Assembly (NCBI GenBank): GCA_964016885.1
Contig: OZ024743.1
Span: forward strand, 220,782,001-220,846,000
Direction: 5' to 3'
Source: Eledone cirrhosa
Lineage: Eukaryota
Length of the DNA stretch: 64,000 nt
The first letter of the stretch is position 1, and every line of letters starts with the position of its first letter. Made by a program: the position numbers and the translations under genes. The notes beneath the pieces are model-generated. The model saw nothing but the letters and a program-made list of their open reading frames with translations, did no database searches and had not been told where the DNA came from. This document shows, piece by piece, positions 12,775-26,457 of the stretch.

Positions 12775-15700
12775 TGGTGTTGATGGTAGTGGTGTTGGTG
12801 GTAGTGGTGTTGGTGGTGTTGGTGGTAGTGGTGTTGGTGGTAGTGGTGTTGATGGTAGTGGTGTTGGTGGTAGTGGTGTTGTTGGTAGTGGTGTTGGTGG
12901 TAGTGGTGTTGATGGTAGTGGTGTTGGTGGTAGTGGTGTTGATGGTAGTGGTGTTGATGGTAGTGGTGTTGGTGGTAGTGGTGTTGATGGTAAGTGGTGT
13001 TGGTGGTAGTGGTGTTGTTGGTAGTGGTGTTGGTGGTAGTGGTGTTGATGGTAGTGGTGTTGGTGGTAGTGGTGTTGATGGTAGTGGTGTTGATGGTAGT
13101 GGTGTTGGTGGTAGTGGTGTTGATGGTAGTGGTGTTGGTGGTAGTGGTGTTGATGGTAGTGGTGTTGGTGGTAGTGGTGTTGATGGTAGTGGTGTTGGTG
13201 GTAGTGGTGTTGATGGTAGTGGTGTTGATGGTAGTGGTGTTGGTGGTAGTGGTGTTGATGGTAGTGGTGTTGGTGGTAGTGGTGTTGATGGTAGTGGTGT
13301 TGGTGGTAGTGGTGTTGGTGGTAGTGGTGTTGGTGGTAGTGGTGTTGATGGTAGTGGTGTTGATGGTAGTGGTGTTGATGGTAGTGGTGTTGGTGGTAGT
13401 GGTGTTGGTGGTAGTGGTGTTGATGGTAGTGGTGTTGGTGGTAGTGGTGTTGATGGTAGTGGTGTTGGTGGTAGTGGTGTTGGTGGTAGTGGTGTTGGTG
13501 GTAGAGGTGTTGGTGGTAGTGGTGTTGGTGGTAGTGGTGTTGGTGGTAGTGGTGTTGGTGGTAGTGGTGTTGGTGGTAGTGGTGTTGGTGGTAGTGGTGT
13601 TGGTGGTAGTGGTGTTGATGGTAGTGGTGTTGGTGGTAGTGGTGTTGATGGTAGTGGTGTTGGTGGTAGTGGTGTTGGTGGTAGTGGTGTTGGTGGTAGA
13701 GGTGTTGGTGGTAGTGGTGTTGATGGTAGTGGTGTTGATGGTAGTGGTGTTGATGGTAGTGGTGTTGGTGGTAGTGGTGTTGGTGGTAGTGGTATTGGTG
13801 GTAGTGGTGTTGATGGTAGTGGTGTTGGTGGTAGTGGTGTTGGTGGTAGTGGTGTTGGTGGTAGTGGTGTTGGTGGTAGTGGTGTTGATGGTAGTGGTGT
13901 TGGTGGTAGTGGTGTTGGTGGTAGTGGTGTTGGTGGTAGTTGTGTTGGTGGTAGTAGTGTTGGTGGTAGTGGTGTTGGTGGTAGTGGTGTTGGTGGTAGT
14001 GGTGTTGGTGGTAGTGGTGTTGGTGGTAGTGGTGTTGATGGTAGTGGTGTTGGTGGTAGTGGTATTGGTGGTAGTGGTGTTGGTGGTAGTGGTGTTGGTG
14101 GTAGTGGTGTTGGTGGTAGCGGTGTTGATGGTAGTGGTGTTGATGGTAGTGGTGTTGGTGGTAGTGGTGTTGATGGTAGTGGTGTTGGTGGTAGTGGTGT
14201 TGGTGGTAGTGGTGTTGGTGGTAGTGGTGTTGATGGTAGTGGTGTTGGTGGTAGTGGTGTTGATGGTAGTGGTGTTGGTGGTGGTGGTGGGTGGTAGTGG
14301 TGTTGGTGGTAGTGGTGTTGGTGGTAGTGGTGTTGGTGGTAGTAGTGTTGGTGGTAGTGGTGTTGATGGTAGTGGTGTTGATGGTAGTGGTGTTGGTGGT
14401 AGTGGTGTTGGTGGTAGTGGTGTTGATGGTAGTGGTGTTGGTGGTAGTGGTGTTGGTGGTAGTGGTGTTGATGGTAGTGGTGTTGATGGTAGTGGTGTTG
14501 GTGGTAGTGGCGTTGGTGGTAGTGGTGTTGGTGGTAGTGGTGTTGATGGTAGTGGTGTTGGTGGTAGTGGTGTTGATGGTAGTGGTGTTGGTGGTAGAGG
14601 TGTTGGTGGTAGTGGTGTTGATGGTAGTGGTGTTGGTGGTAGTGGTGTTGGTGGTAGTGGTGTTGATGGTAGTGGTGTTGATGGTAGTGGTGTTGATGGT
14701 AGTGGTGTTGGTGGTAGTGGTGTTGGTGGTAGTGGTGTTGATGGTAGTGGTGTTGGTGGTAGTGGTGTTGGTGGTAGTGGTGTTGGTGGTAGTGGTGTTG
14801 GTGGTAGTGGTGTTGGTGTAGTGGTGTTGGTGGTAGTGGTGTTGGTGGTAGTGGTGTTGGTGGTAGTGGTGTTGGTGGTAGTGGTGTTGGTGGTAGTGGT
14901 GTTGGTGATAGTGGTGTTGATGGTAGTGGTGTTGGTGGTAGTGGTGTTGGTGGTAGTTGTGTGGTTGGTGGTAGTGGTGTTGGTGGTAGTGGTGTTGATG
15001 GTAGTGGTGTTGGTGGTAGTGGTGTTGGTGGTAGTGGCGTTGGTGGTAGTGGTGTTGGTGGTAGTGGTGTTGATGGTAGTGGTGTTGGTGGTAGTGGTGT
15101 TGGTGGTAGTGGTGTTGGTGGTAGTGGTGTTGGTGGTAGTGGTGTTGGTGATAGTGGTGTTGGTGGTAGTGGTGTTGGTGGTAGTTGTGTTGGTGGTAGT
15201 GGTGTTGGTGGTAGTGGTGTTGATGGTAGTGGTGTTGATGGTAGTGGCGTTGGTGGTAGTGGTGTTGGTGGTAGTGGCGTTGGTGGTAGTGGTGTTGATG
15301 GTAGTGGTGTTGATGGTAGTGGTGTTGGTGGTAGTGGTGTTGGTGGTAGTGGTGTTGGTGGTAGTGGTGTTGATGGTAGTGGTGTTGTGGTAGTGGTGTT
15401 GGTGGTAGTTGTGTTGGTGGTAGTGGTGTTGGTGGTAGTGGTGTTGGTGGTAGTGGTGTTGGTGGTAGTGGTGTTGGTGGTAGTGGTGTTGGTGGTAGTG
15501 GTGTTGGTGGTAGTGGTGTTGGTGGTAGTGGTGTTGATGGTAGTGGTGTTGGTGGTAGTGGTGTTGGTGGTAGTGGTGTTGGTGGTAGTGGTGTTGGTGG
15601 TAGTGGTGTTGGTGGTAGTGGTGTTGATGGTAGTGTGTTGGTGGTAGTGGTGTTGGTGGTAGTGGTGTTGGTGGTAGTGGTGTTGGTGGTAGTGGTGTTG

Positions 15701-16464
15701 GTGGTAGTGGTGTTGATGGTAGTGGTGTTGGTGGTAGTGGTGTTGGTGGTAGTGTGTTGGTGGTAGTGGTGTTGATGGTAGTGGTGTTGGTGGTAGTGGT
15801 GTTGGTGGTAGTGGTGTTGGTGGTAGTGGTGTTGGTGGTAGTGGCGTTGGTGGTAGTGGTGTTGATGGTAGTGGTGTTGATGGTAGTGGTGTTGATGGTA
15901 GTGGTGTTGGTGGTAGTGGCGTTGGTGGTAGTGGTGTTGATGGTAGTGGTGTTGATGGTAGTGGTGTTGATGGTAGTGGTGTTGGTGGTAGTGGCGTTGG
16001 TGGTAGTGGTGTTGATGGTAGTGGTGTTGATGGTAGTGGTGTTGGTGGTAGTGGCGTTGGTGGTAGTGGTGTTGGTGGTAGTGGTGTTGATGGTAGTGGT
16101 GTTGATGGTAGTCGTGTTGGTGGTAGTGGTGTTGATGGTAGTGGTGTTGATGGTAGTGGTGTTGGTGGTAGTGGTGTTGGTGGTAGTTGTGTTGGTGGTA
16201 GTGGTGTTGGTGGTAGTGGTGTTGGTGGGTAGTGGTGTTGGTGGTAGAGGTGTTGGTGGTAGTGGTGTTGGTGGTAGTGGTGTTGGTGGTAGTGGTGTTG
16301 GTGGTAGTGGTGTTGGTGATAGTGGTGTTGATGGTAGTGGTGTTGGTGGTAGTGGTGTTGGTGGTAGTTGTGTTGGTGGTAGTGGTGTTGGTGGTAGTGG
16401 TGTTGGTGGTAGTAGTGTTGGTGGTAGTGGTGTTGGTGGTAGTGGTGTTGGTGGTAGTGGTGTT
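12775..16464. repeat. 15-bp satellite (GGTAGTGGTGTTGRT)n, roughly 245 units
   Basis: Directly visible; GGT/GAT variant alternation; occasional 1-3 nt indels shift phase. Confidence 0.97.
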
Positions 16465-16701
16465 TACGATGGATGTATAACGGATCCAGAACTTCTCCAG
16501 AATGTTCCTGATAAGAATGATAATTCTGACAGTAGTAATAACAATGATGGATGAGGGACAAGGCTAGCTGTGGTGAGGATAAAGATGAACACAACGAACG
16601 ACCCTTATCAGACGACAATGGGGAAGCCATTGGTCTTCTTCTTGTTGCTATTGTTGTTAATTTGTTGTTACTGATTATAAGGATAAACATTGTGACGGCA
16701 A

Positions 16702-17291
16702 CTATGATGGTATGATGATGATGGTGGTGGTGATGATGATGATAATGATGATGGTTATGATGATGATAATGATAGTGGTGATGATGGTGGTGGTGGTGGT
16801 GCTGGTGATGATGGTGGTGGTGGTGATGGTGGTGGTGGTGGTGATGACGGTAATGATACTGGTGGTGTTGGTGATGATGATGATAATGATAGTGGTGATG
16901 ATGGTGGTGGTGGTGGTGGTGGTGGTGGTGATGGTGGTGGTGGTGATGATGACGGTAATGATACTGGTGGTGTTGGTGATGATGATGATAATGATAGTGG
17001 TGATGATGATGGTGGTGGTGATGATGATGGTGGTGGTGATGATGATGGTGGTGGTGGTGATGATGATGGTTATGATAATGATGGTGATGATGATGGTGAT
17101 GATAAGATGATAAGGATGATGGTGACGATGATGATGGTTATGATGTTGACGGTGTTGGTGATGATGATGATAATGATAGTGGTGTTGATGGTGGTGATGA
17201 TGATGGTAATGATAATGATGATGATGAGATGATGATGATGATAATGAAATTATGATGATAGTGATGATATGATAATGATATTGGTTATGAT

Positions 17292-17323
<32 letters not shown>

Positions 17324-17417
17324 GATGATGAATGATGATGATGATGATGATGATGCACGTAATGATGAAGGCGACTGGGTAACGGATATATATTGATACG
17401 AATGTTTTCGATGTTGT

Positions 17418-17457
<40 letters not shown>

Positions 17458-17458
17458 A

Positions 17459-17499
<41 letters not shown>

Positions 17500-17545
17500 C
17501 TTGACAATGTTGATGATGATGATGATGATTATAATGACGATGATT
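16702..17545. repeat. (GAT)/(GGT) trinucleotide low-complexity tract
   Basis: Directly visible; includes an internal ~110-bp duplication. Confidence 0.9.
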
Positions 17546-17624
17546 TTTTTTTCAATTAAAATTTAACATTTTAATTATATTGAAATTACATTAAACAAAA
17601 AATACATTTTATGTGTGTGTGTGT

Positions 17625-18993
17625 ATATGTATGTATATTTATATTGTTTGTAAGTATATGTAATGGTGTGTATGTGTGAGACAGAGTCATGTTGTATACA
17701 TGTGTATGTATGTATATTGTTTGTAAGTATATGTAATGGTGTGTATGTGTGAGACAGCGTCATGTTGTATACATGTGTATGTATATTTATATTGTTTGTA
17801 AGTATATGTAATGGTGTGTATGTGTGAGACAGCGTCATGTTGTATACATGTGTATGTATGTATATTGTTTGTAAGTATATGTAATGGTGTGTATGTGTGA
17901 GACAGCGTCATGTTGTATACATGTGTATGTATATTTATATTGTTTGTAAGTATATGTAATGGTGTGTATGTGTGAGACAGCGTCATGTTGTATACATGTG
18001 TATGTATATTTATATTGTTTGTAAGTATATGTAATGGTGTGTATGTGTGAGACAGAGTCATGTTGTATACATGTGTATGTATATTTATATTGTTTGTAAG
18101 TATATGTAATAGTGTGTATGTGTGAGACAGAGTCATGTTGTATACATGTGTATGTATATTTATATTGTTTGTAAGTATATGTAATAGTGTGTATGTGTGA
18201 GACAGAGTCATGTTGTATACATGTGTATGTATGTATATTGTTTGTAAGTATATGTAATAGTGTGTATGTGTGAGACAGAGTCATGTTGTATACATGTGTA
18301 TGTATGTATATTGTTTGTAAGTATATGTAATAGTGTGTATGTGTGAGACAGAGTCATGTTGTATACATGTGTATGTATGTATATTGTTTGTAAGTATATG
18401 GAATGGTGTGTATGTGTGAGACAGCGTCATGTTGTATACATGTGTATGTATGTATATTGTTTGTAAGTATATGTAATGGTGTGTATGTGTGAGACAGCGT
18501 CATGTTGTATACATGTGTATGTATGTATATTGTTTGTAAGTATATGTAATGGTGTGTATGTGTGAGACAGCGTCATGTTGTATACGTGTGTATGTATGTA
18601 TATTGTTTGTAAGTATATGTAATGGTGTGTATGTGTGAGACAGCGTCATGTTGTATACATGTGTATGTATGTATATTGTTTGTAAGTATATGTAATGGTG
18701 TGTATGTGTGAGACAGAGTCATGTTGTATACATGTGTATGTATGTATATTGTTTGTAAGTATATGTAATGGTGTGTATGTGTGAGACAGAGTCATGTTGT
18801 ATACATGTGTATGTATGTATATTGTTTGTAAGTATATGTAATGGTGTGTATGTGTGAGACAGCGTCATGTTGTATACGTGTGTATGTATGTATATTGTTT
18901 GTAAGTATATATAATGGTGTGTATGTGTGAGACAGAGTCATGTTGTATACATGTGTATGTATGTATATTGTTTGTAAGTATATGTAATGGTGT
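17625..18993. repeat. 73/75-bp minisatellite, about 18.5 units
   Basis: GAGACAG(A/C)GTCATGTTGTATAC recurs 18 times between 17678 and 18929 at 73- or 75-bp spacing. Confidence 0.95.
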
Positions 18994-19869
18994 GCCTGTG
19001 TGACACGAGGAGGGGGGCATGATGTATACATGTGTGTGTGTGTATGTGTGTTTATGTGTGTGTGTGAGGGAGAGTCTATGTGCGTATGTTGATGTATATT
19101 TCTTGCATTTATCTGTAATGATTGTGCGTATGTCACGCAGTATGTAGATGTATACATGTGTACATGTGTGTGTGTTGAGATCGAAAGAGACGCCATGCTG
19201 ATGTATACATGTATGTGTGTTGTCGTATATGCTTGTATATGTATATATAGTATTATAAAAGAGATTGCCTATGTGTGTGTGTGTGTGTGTGTGTGATTGT
19301 CTATGTGTGTGACGTTGATAGTGAAGGTGTGGAGACGGCTTGTAGACGTATACATGTGTGGGTGTATGTATGTGTATGTATATGTTGATATATTGTGTTA
19401 GTATGCACCCGTAATGTTTTAAAAGAGATGATGTATGTGTTTGTGAGTGTGTGTAAGTGTGTGGATGGCGTCTTCCTGTGTACATGTGTATGTGTGTATG
19501 TGTGTGTGCGCGCGTGTGTGTGTGTGTGTGTGGTGTGTTTGAGTGGATGGGGTCGTATGCTTCGGAGCCAAAATCGATGACTGATAGTTCAAAGGCTAAT
19601 TATACAAGGGAAGCAATTTAATAGATTAGCATTTTGTTGTTGCTGTTGTTGTAATTGCAAGTTATTATTGTTGCTGTAATTATTATTATTATTGTTGTCG
19701 TTGTTGTTGTTGTTGTTGTTGTTGTCGTCGTCGTCGTCGTCGTTGTTGTTGTTGTTTGATTGTCTTCATTTCCATACCAACCCCCAACTTTGTGTAATTT
19801 GTCCTTGTAATGTTTCCTTGTGGCAAATTCTAAACCATTATCAACCCCTTAAATCATCATCACCATCAC

Positions 19870-19909
<40 letters not shown>

Positions 19910-20318
19910 TTCATCATCATCATCATCATTAACGTGATCTTTATCATCATAATCGTCAACATCATCGTCATCATCGTCATCGTTATCATCATCATCATCA
20001 TCATCATCATCATAATCGTCATAATCATCATCGTCATCATCATCGTTATCATCGACCTTATTAGCGTCAATATTGTTGTTGTTGACGTTGTTGTTGCTAC
20101 TGTTATGTTTATATGTGTGTGTTAATTTTTGTTAATGTTCATAATTATTATTTATTTTTGCGGCTATATTAAACAAAACTTGTCGTTAATGTCTTATATC
20201 CACACAAAAAACAAATACTGTATTATGCCCATGTGTTTATATCTATATATGCATAGTATATGTATGTCCATATATTTACATGTATATATGTGTATATGTG
20301 TGCGTGCATAATATATAA

Positions 20319-20362
<44 letters not shown>

Positions 20363-20402
20363 ATTACAATAATAATATGTGTTTCTGTCTAAGCATGCAT
20401 AT

Positions 20403-20462
<60 letters not shown>

Positions 20463-20552
20463 GTATGTATATATATATAAATATGTATGTATATATATAT
20501 ATATGTATATATATTTATATATATGAATATATAAATATGTATATATAAATAT

Positions 20553-20632
<80 letters not shown>

Positions 20633-21000
20633 TGTGTGTGTGCGTGAGTCTATATGCATATATTGTTGATGTGTCTTTACATGGATATATTGCAGTAAAT
20701 GACGTTGTTGTTGATGCTGATGCCATTATTGTTGATATTATCACGCATATTCCTCCTAATGATTGTAATATAGTCTTGTCTTCTTTTAATGGTTTCAGTC
20801 ATCAGACATGCTGGTATGGCCACCTTTAACTTAATTAGTAGTTCAGATCGACTCCTGTGTTTCATTTTATCAAGTCTGCTACTTATATAATTACTCGAAT
20901 CGTTACAATATGAAACATAAACACAAACAGGGATAACACACAATTGCGGACTCAGACACATACATACGCGCACACATAAACAAATAAACACACACACACG

Positions 21001-21074
<74 letters not shown>

Positions 21075-21534
21075 CGGGAAAACAGGTTATCGTTATAGGC
21101 AGCCCACTTAGATGTAGTCCAGTTAGAGTACTCCGTGTAGTGGATGGTATTAACGTGTGGCTTAGTTTGACTCAACAAAACGTTTCCATAGTGATGCAGC
21201 GAGTTCGCAGTGATTTCTATGTAGTTTATACTTGGAGTAATAATAATTCAAGAAAGAAGAGTGACATGGTTCACACACATATATATATATATTCTCACCT
21301 CTACCCTCAATCCCGAATGCTGGATCACTCGCCTACCATCCCTAACCTCCTTAAAAACTTTTTCCAAACTCCGATGTTTCAGCACGAACTCTCCCTTTCC
21401 TGAAAAAGGACATATATCCGACTCGCCAAACCCTCTTCTACTTCCTACTAAGTGTGATACTAATAAAACTAATGTTCTTGCATCTCTGTGTTTGTCTTGT
21501 CATTCCCTTGACTCTCTTTCTCTCTCTATATATA

Positions 21535-21672
21535 TGACGGGCTTCCAGAAAATTACTATTCACCAAATTTTGCATACGAGGTATTGGTCAACTAGAGATT
21601 ATATTAGAACACACTTCCGGAACGAACCCGAAACCTCCAGGTTAAAAGACAAAATGTTTACCCACACCGCCA
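21535..21672 (-). mobile_element. Old SINE (family S3), decayed
   Basis: Similar to 40570-40720 and to the reverse complement of 61200-61335 (AAGTGTCTTCGACTATAGCC). Confidence 0.45.
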
Positions 21673-22313
21673 TGCATTCAGTTTGTTTGTTTCCTTTTAT
21701 TTTTCTCTCTCTCCTACTGCAGTAGTTTGCTTCAGAAGTTGGTGCCTATAACATATATTATCAATGCTGCTGCTGTCTGTGTTGTTGTTGTTTTTGCTGA
21801 TGCATAACCCCGTGTCTCACGATTTCTTGGTTTGACCATAGCACGAATGAAAATCTCTTCATGGAAAATGTCGAGGTGATTTAGGTATGACTTACCAAAA
21901 TCGTAGGACGGTAGAAGATGCTTATCCATGAGGTACGTATGCCCACGAAGTAACCAGTATGTGTGCGTGTGTGTGTGTGCGTGCGTGCGTGCGTGTGTGT
22001 GTGTGCGTGTGTGTGTGTGTGTTTGTGTGTGTGTGTGAGTGTGTGTGTTGACGTGTATGTTATTGTATGTAGGTATGATAATGTCTGTCCGTGTCACTGT
22101 TAGTGTGCGGACTGCATGCTAACCTGTGCTATTTTTACATCCAGTAATTTAATAGTTTCGACAAAATAGAGAGATCGGTCAAATATGTAAATCAGACTTA
22201 AATACTTATGTCGATATTATCGGATAAACCAACGATTATGGTACCCCATAATGGCCGCATTCCAATGTGTGAAACCAGTAAAAATGTAAAAGAAATATCA
22301 GGGTTTATGTTGT

Positions 22314-22344
<31 letters not shown>

Positions 22345-22555
22345 CATTATTTCAAAACGGTAATCTGACTGCCATTTCTAACAGAACGAGGGACCATTTA
22401 ATGGGTCCTTCGTTGGCTTACAATTATCGTTAAGTTGTTGCTGTTATTTTGGAAGCCACTTTAGTTAATATTTCGGGTGACGAGGAGAAATATTCCTCTT
22501 TGTTGTATATTTATTATTAAATTTCGCTAGTACATTTATCTCTATCTCTCTCTAC

Positions 22556-22598
<43 letters not shown>

Positions 22599-22622
22599 GA
22601 TACATATATATATATATATATA

Positions 22623-22890
22623 GGGGGGGAGTCCTTCATCAGTGACCCTCCAACCGTCCCAGGCATTTCATCGCTTTAAGGGCCATATACCTCAGGTTGG
22701 TGCGAACAACGGCTAAAAAAAGTCGTTGGGACACGTAAATAAAGAGAACGTTAGGGTGAACAAACAAAATGGTTTAAGCAACAGAAAGTGAGAGGAAAGA
22801 GACAAGTCCCAGATTTCTATGAATATAAACCCCTTAAAGCGATGAAATGCTTGGGACGGTTGGAGGGTCACTGATGAAGGACTCCCCCCC
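22623..22890 (-). mobile_element. PLE-type fragment with 60-bp inverted ends, each carrying the 5' half of a hammerhead core
   Basis: 22623-22682 and 22831-22890 are reverse complements (1 mismatch) and contain CTGATGAAGGACTCCCC; no GAAAC half; inserted at (TA)n. Confidence 0.65.
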
Positions 22891-22985
22891 TTTTTATATG
22901 TAACCCATTTGCAACGCCGCAGCTCCATTATTATCATATATATATATATATATATAAATATTTATGGAGATGTGAGGGGTGTTTA

Positions 22986-23023
<38 letters not shown>

Positions 23024-23123
23024 TGTATACTGTGTGCCTGGGTGAATATTGTATTCTGTCCTCGCAAATGTGTCGTTTGTTGTTTTACATGTATTGATTT
23101 AGAATAAGTTTTTACATATATAA

Positions 23124-23292
23124 TAATTGTTTCTACTTTTGGCACAAGGCCAGCAATTATCATTTTATCGACCCCGTAAGGATGAAAGGCAAAGTTAACC
23201 TCGGCGGGATTTGAACTCAGAATGGCAAGGGCCGTAACTCTATACGTCAAAACATGGCGTCCGACCCTCTACCGATACTGCCAATCCACCGC
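23124..23292 (-). mobile_element. tRNA-derived SINE (family S1)
   Basis: Matches S1 with an internal deletion. Confidence 0.9.
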
Positions 23293-23300
23293 ATAAATAA

Positions 23301-23512
23301 TAATGGTTTCTTATATAGGCACAAGGCCAGCAATTTTGTGGGAGGGGAAAGTCGATTAAATCGACCCCAGTACATTACTGGTACTTTATTTTATCGACCC
23401 CGTAAGGATGAAAGGCAAAGTTAACCTAGGCGGGATTTGAACTCAGATCATAAAGGGACATAACTCTATGCTGCAAAGCATGGCGTCCGACCCGCTACCG
23501 ATACTGCCAATT
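23301..23512 (-). mobile_element. tRNA-derived SINE (family S1, longer variant)
   Basis: Matches S1 with an extra GGGAGGGGAAAGTCGATTAAATCGACCCC segment. Confidence 0.9.
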
Positions 23513-24125
23513 CATAATAATAGTAAATAATAAGGTAACTATTCGACCGTGTTAGTGTATGAGTATATTGTTAATGTGTAATCTAGCTCAGCAGAAGTGC
23601 ATGTTCACTCGTATGCCGCATCCTGATATTTTCTATTTGAGGATCTAACAATTTACAATTCAGTTAGCCAATATTCTGTGTACAGAAATATGTCTTTCTA
23701 TATACGTGCACATGAATAAATAATATATGAATGTGTGTGAGATCTGTATTTACTACACACTGTTTAAGGGTTAGTCCATGGCATGGTCCCGGCGGACAGA
23801 TTGGGGAAGACATTGTTCAACGTGATGGCAAGGGGGATGTTTTTAATAACACATATATTTGTGTATGTAAAAAAAAATAGGAATTATGATGAAAATAAAA
23901 AAAATGGTAAGGGGGAAAGAGGAAACTCTACATCGTTGATATAACAGTATGAGTGAAATGTATCTAATAGGCAAAAATGGCGAAATAGTTGCTGCGGAGA
24001 AGCTAGCGGCACTTGCTGCACCATCCAGCTACATATCTACTAAAAAATATGTATCTACCTATCTCTTAATCTCCCCCCTCTCTCTCTCTTTGTATATCTC
24101 TCTCATTCTTTCTTACTATCTCTCA

Positions 24126-24219
<94 letters not shown>

Positions 24220-24221
<2 letters not shown>

Positions 24222-25460
24222 GTGCGCGCTCTTCCAATTCCTTTGGAAGAGGCGGGCTCCTATGGTGAGGAGATCCATCTGCTGTCAACACCCTTCGAAA
24301 GGAGGGCTGGGGATGCCGTGGCTAATGATGCGTAAACACGCATTAAGGCTACGGCACCTCTACGTATTCCTCACCGGACAACCGGTGTGGGCCTCGTTTG
24401 TGAGACGAACCTTTCCCAGACTCGTCTCACTCACCGAGCTGCAATCCTGGGTCAAGCAAAGACCGAGAAAACTGGGCGCCTGGCACACTGAGTGTGCCCA
24501 GGCGCTCACCGCCCTCTGGCAGGCGGATCCGGTTATCAGTGGAGACTCCACCGCAACATTCTATAGAGGGCTGGTACGCAGCAGGTGCGACGACGCCCTC
24601 GGAGAAGCCCTAGACATGGAGGAGGACGAACTGGCCAGCCTGTTCGGTAGGACATTCAGCCCGGGACCTATGGACAACTTCCAGAAGTCCCTGGCCTGGC
24701 AGTGCTACCGAGGGGCTTTACCCGTTCGAGAAAGGCTCTACAGACACGGGCGCCCGGGTAGGGACCCCGCCAAAAAGATCTGTCCCAGATGCGTGTGCGA
24801 CGAGGAAACCGTTGCACACGCATTAGTACACTGCTCGGGCGTAGCCGATCTGTGGGGCTATGTCGAACAACTGCTGTCAAGGGTGGGACCGATCCGGTTG
24901 ACCACCGAGTCTATTGTAATGATCAAGCCGCCTCCTCCCTTCAAAGATGAAGCAGAGGCGGTGTTTCTGTGCGTAATAGCCATGGCGAAAGAGGTTGTAT
25001 GGTGGACGCGTCTGAAAGGACTGAGGTCGGGCACCTTTCTCTCTGGCCAACAACTGGTCCGTTTCTTCCGATATCATTTCGGAAGAAGGATCAGGATGGA
25101 GAGAGAGGTGCTGCACCCCAGCCGTTTCTATGAAAGATGGGTGAAAGTGGCGAGAATGGCCCGTGTGAATGGGCCTTCACTCTACATCAGACTATAGGTG
25201 AGGAAGATGAAAGACCAAGGGAGCACCCCTCCTCTGTGCTCCTGAGGAGAAGGGTTGCACACTTTTTTCGGGGGTGTGTGCGACCCCCCAAGGCGCCTCC
25301 TCTCTATTGAGGATTTTGTTAAAAATTTTATTTTTTGTTATATCTTATTTTATTTTTATATTTTGTTATTGCCTCCTCCTTATTGAGGACGCCTTTTTGT
25401 GTAAACTCCCCCCTTTGTACTTGTCCCACTTTTGATGCCCTAGTGGCAAATAAAAGAAAT
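24220..25460 (+). mobile_element. 5'-truncated Tx1/L1-like LINE (ORF2 C-terminus, uninterrupted 325 codons) in (TATC)n
   Basis: HPSKGGLGMP motif and zinc finger CPRC..E...HALVHC; co-linear with 54020-54979; ends AATAAAAGAAAT then (ATCT)n. Confidence 0.92.
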
Positions 25461-25475
25461 ATATCTATCTATCTA

Positions 25476-25921
25476 TGTGTTATGGCTATGGTGAAAGAGG
25501 TTATATGGTGGACGAGGTTAAAAGGTATGAGGTCAGACACCTTTCTCTCCGGCGAGCAACTGATTCGTTTTTGCAAATATCATTTTGGAAGAAGAATCAG
25601 ATGGAGAAAGAGGTGCTGTACCCCAGCAAAATTTATAAAAGGTGGGTGAATGTGGCAAAGATGGCCCGAGTGGTTGGGCCTTCTCTCTATATAAGCCTGT
25701 AGGTTGAGAAAAAAGAGGAAGAGAGGAAGGGAGTACTCACTCTTGGTGCTCCTGGAGATGAGGGTTGTACATTTTTTCGGGGTGTGTACAACCCCTGTGT
25801 AACGCCTCCCCCCTATTGGGGATTTCAATTGTTATTTGTTATTGTATTAATAGTTTTATTTTCATATACCTGTATGTAAACTCCCCATTTGTATTTGTCC
25901 CCTTCTTTTGAATAAAGAAAT
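25476..25921 (+). mobile_element. Second 3' fragment of the (TATC)n-associated Tx1-like lineage
   Basis: CVMAMVKEVIWWTRLKG...RWVNVAKMARVVGPSLYISL (frameshifted); ends AATAAAGAAAT then (TATC)n. Confidence 0.9.
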
Positions 25922-25982
<61 letters not shown>

Positions 25983-26457
25983 AATCTCTCTCTCTCTCCC
26001 TCTATCTCTCAAATATAACTTAAATATGAGCAAAGTGGACGGTTGGTTTGGTTTTGGCTGTTTTATACGACTTTAATGATTCAGTTTGGTTTTGGCTGTT
26101 TTATACGACTTTAATGATTCAGTTTGCAACATTTCACAAAAACAAAATAGAACTGAGAAGATATAAAATAAGAAAAATTGTTCTATTTATTACATTTTAA
26201 CTCTCTCTCTTTCTCCTCGCCTCTCTCTCTCATATATATATGTATATAACTTTTTTCTCATATATGTATATACACACACATACATATGCGTATGTGTATT
26301 ATGATTCGAACATATAAAAACTCATTGCAAACAAAAGTTTCATAGTCTAGCAATACTGTATATGTGCTAGCTATGTTTGTTAGTCATGTATTCAGGCAAA
26401 TGTTTATACAGAGAGAGTGTACTTTCTTATTGTTGATATGTTCGCTGCACCTACACA

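Noticed and set aside
12648-16690. Long ORFs (549, 799, 1321 aa) as mucin, extensin or Gly-rich proteins
   Set aside because: They are translations of a stop-poor 15-mer satellite; the repeat phase shifts mid-ORF and no unique domain or splice context supports coding.
17625-18993. Regular array as CRISPR-like
   Set aside because: Units are contiguous and near-identical with no unique spacers; no cas genes; eukaryotic context. The same applies to 62058-62426.
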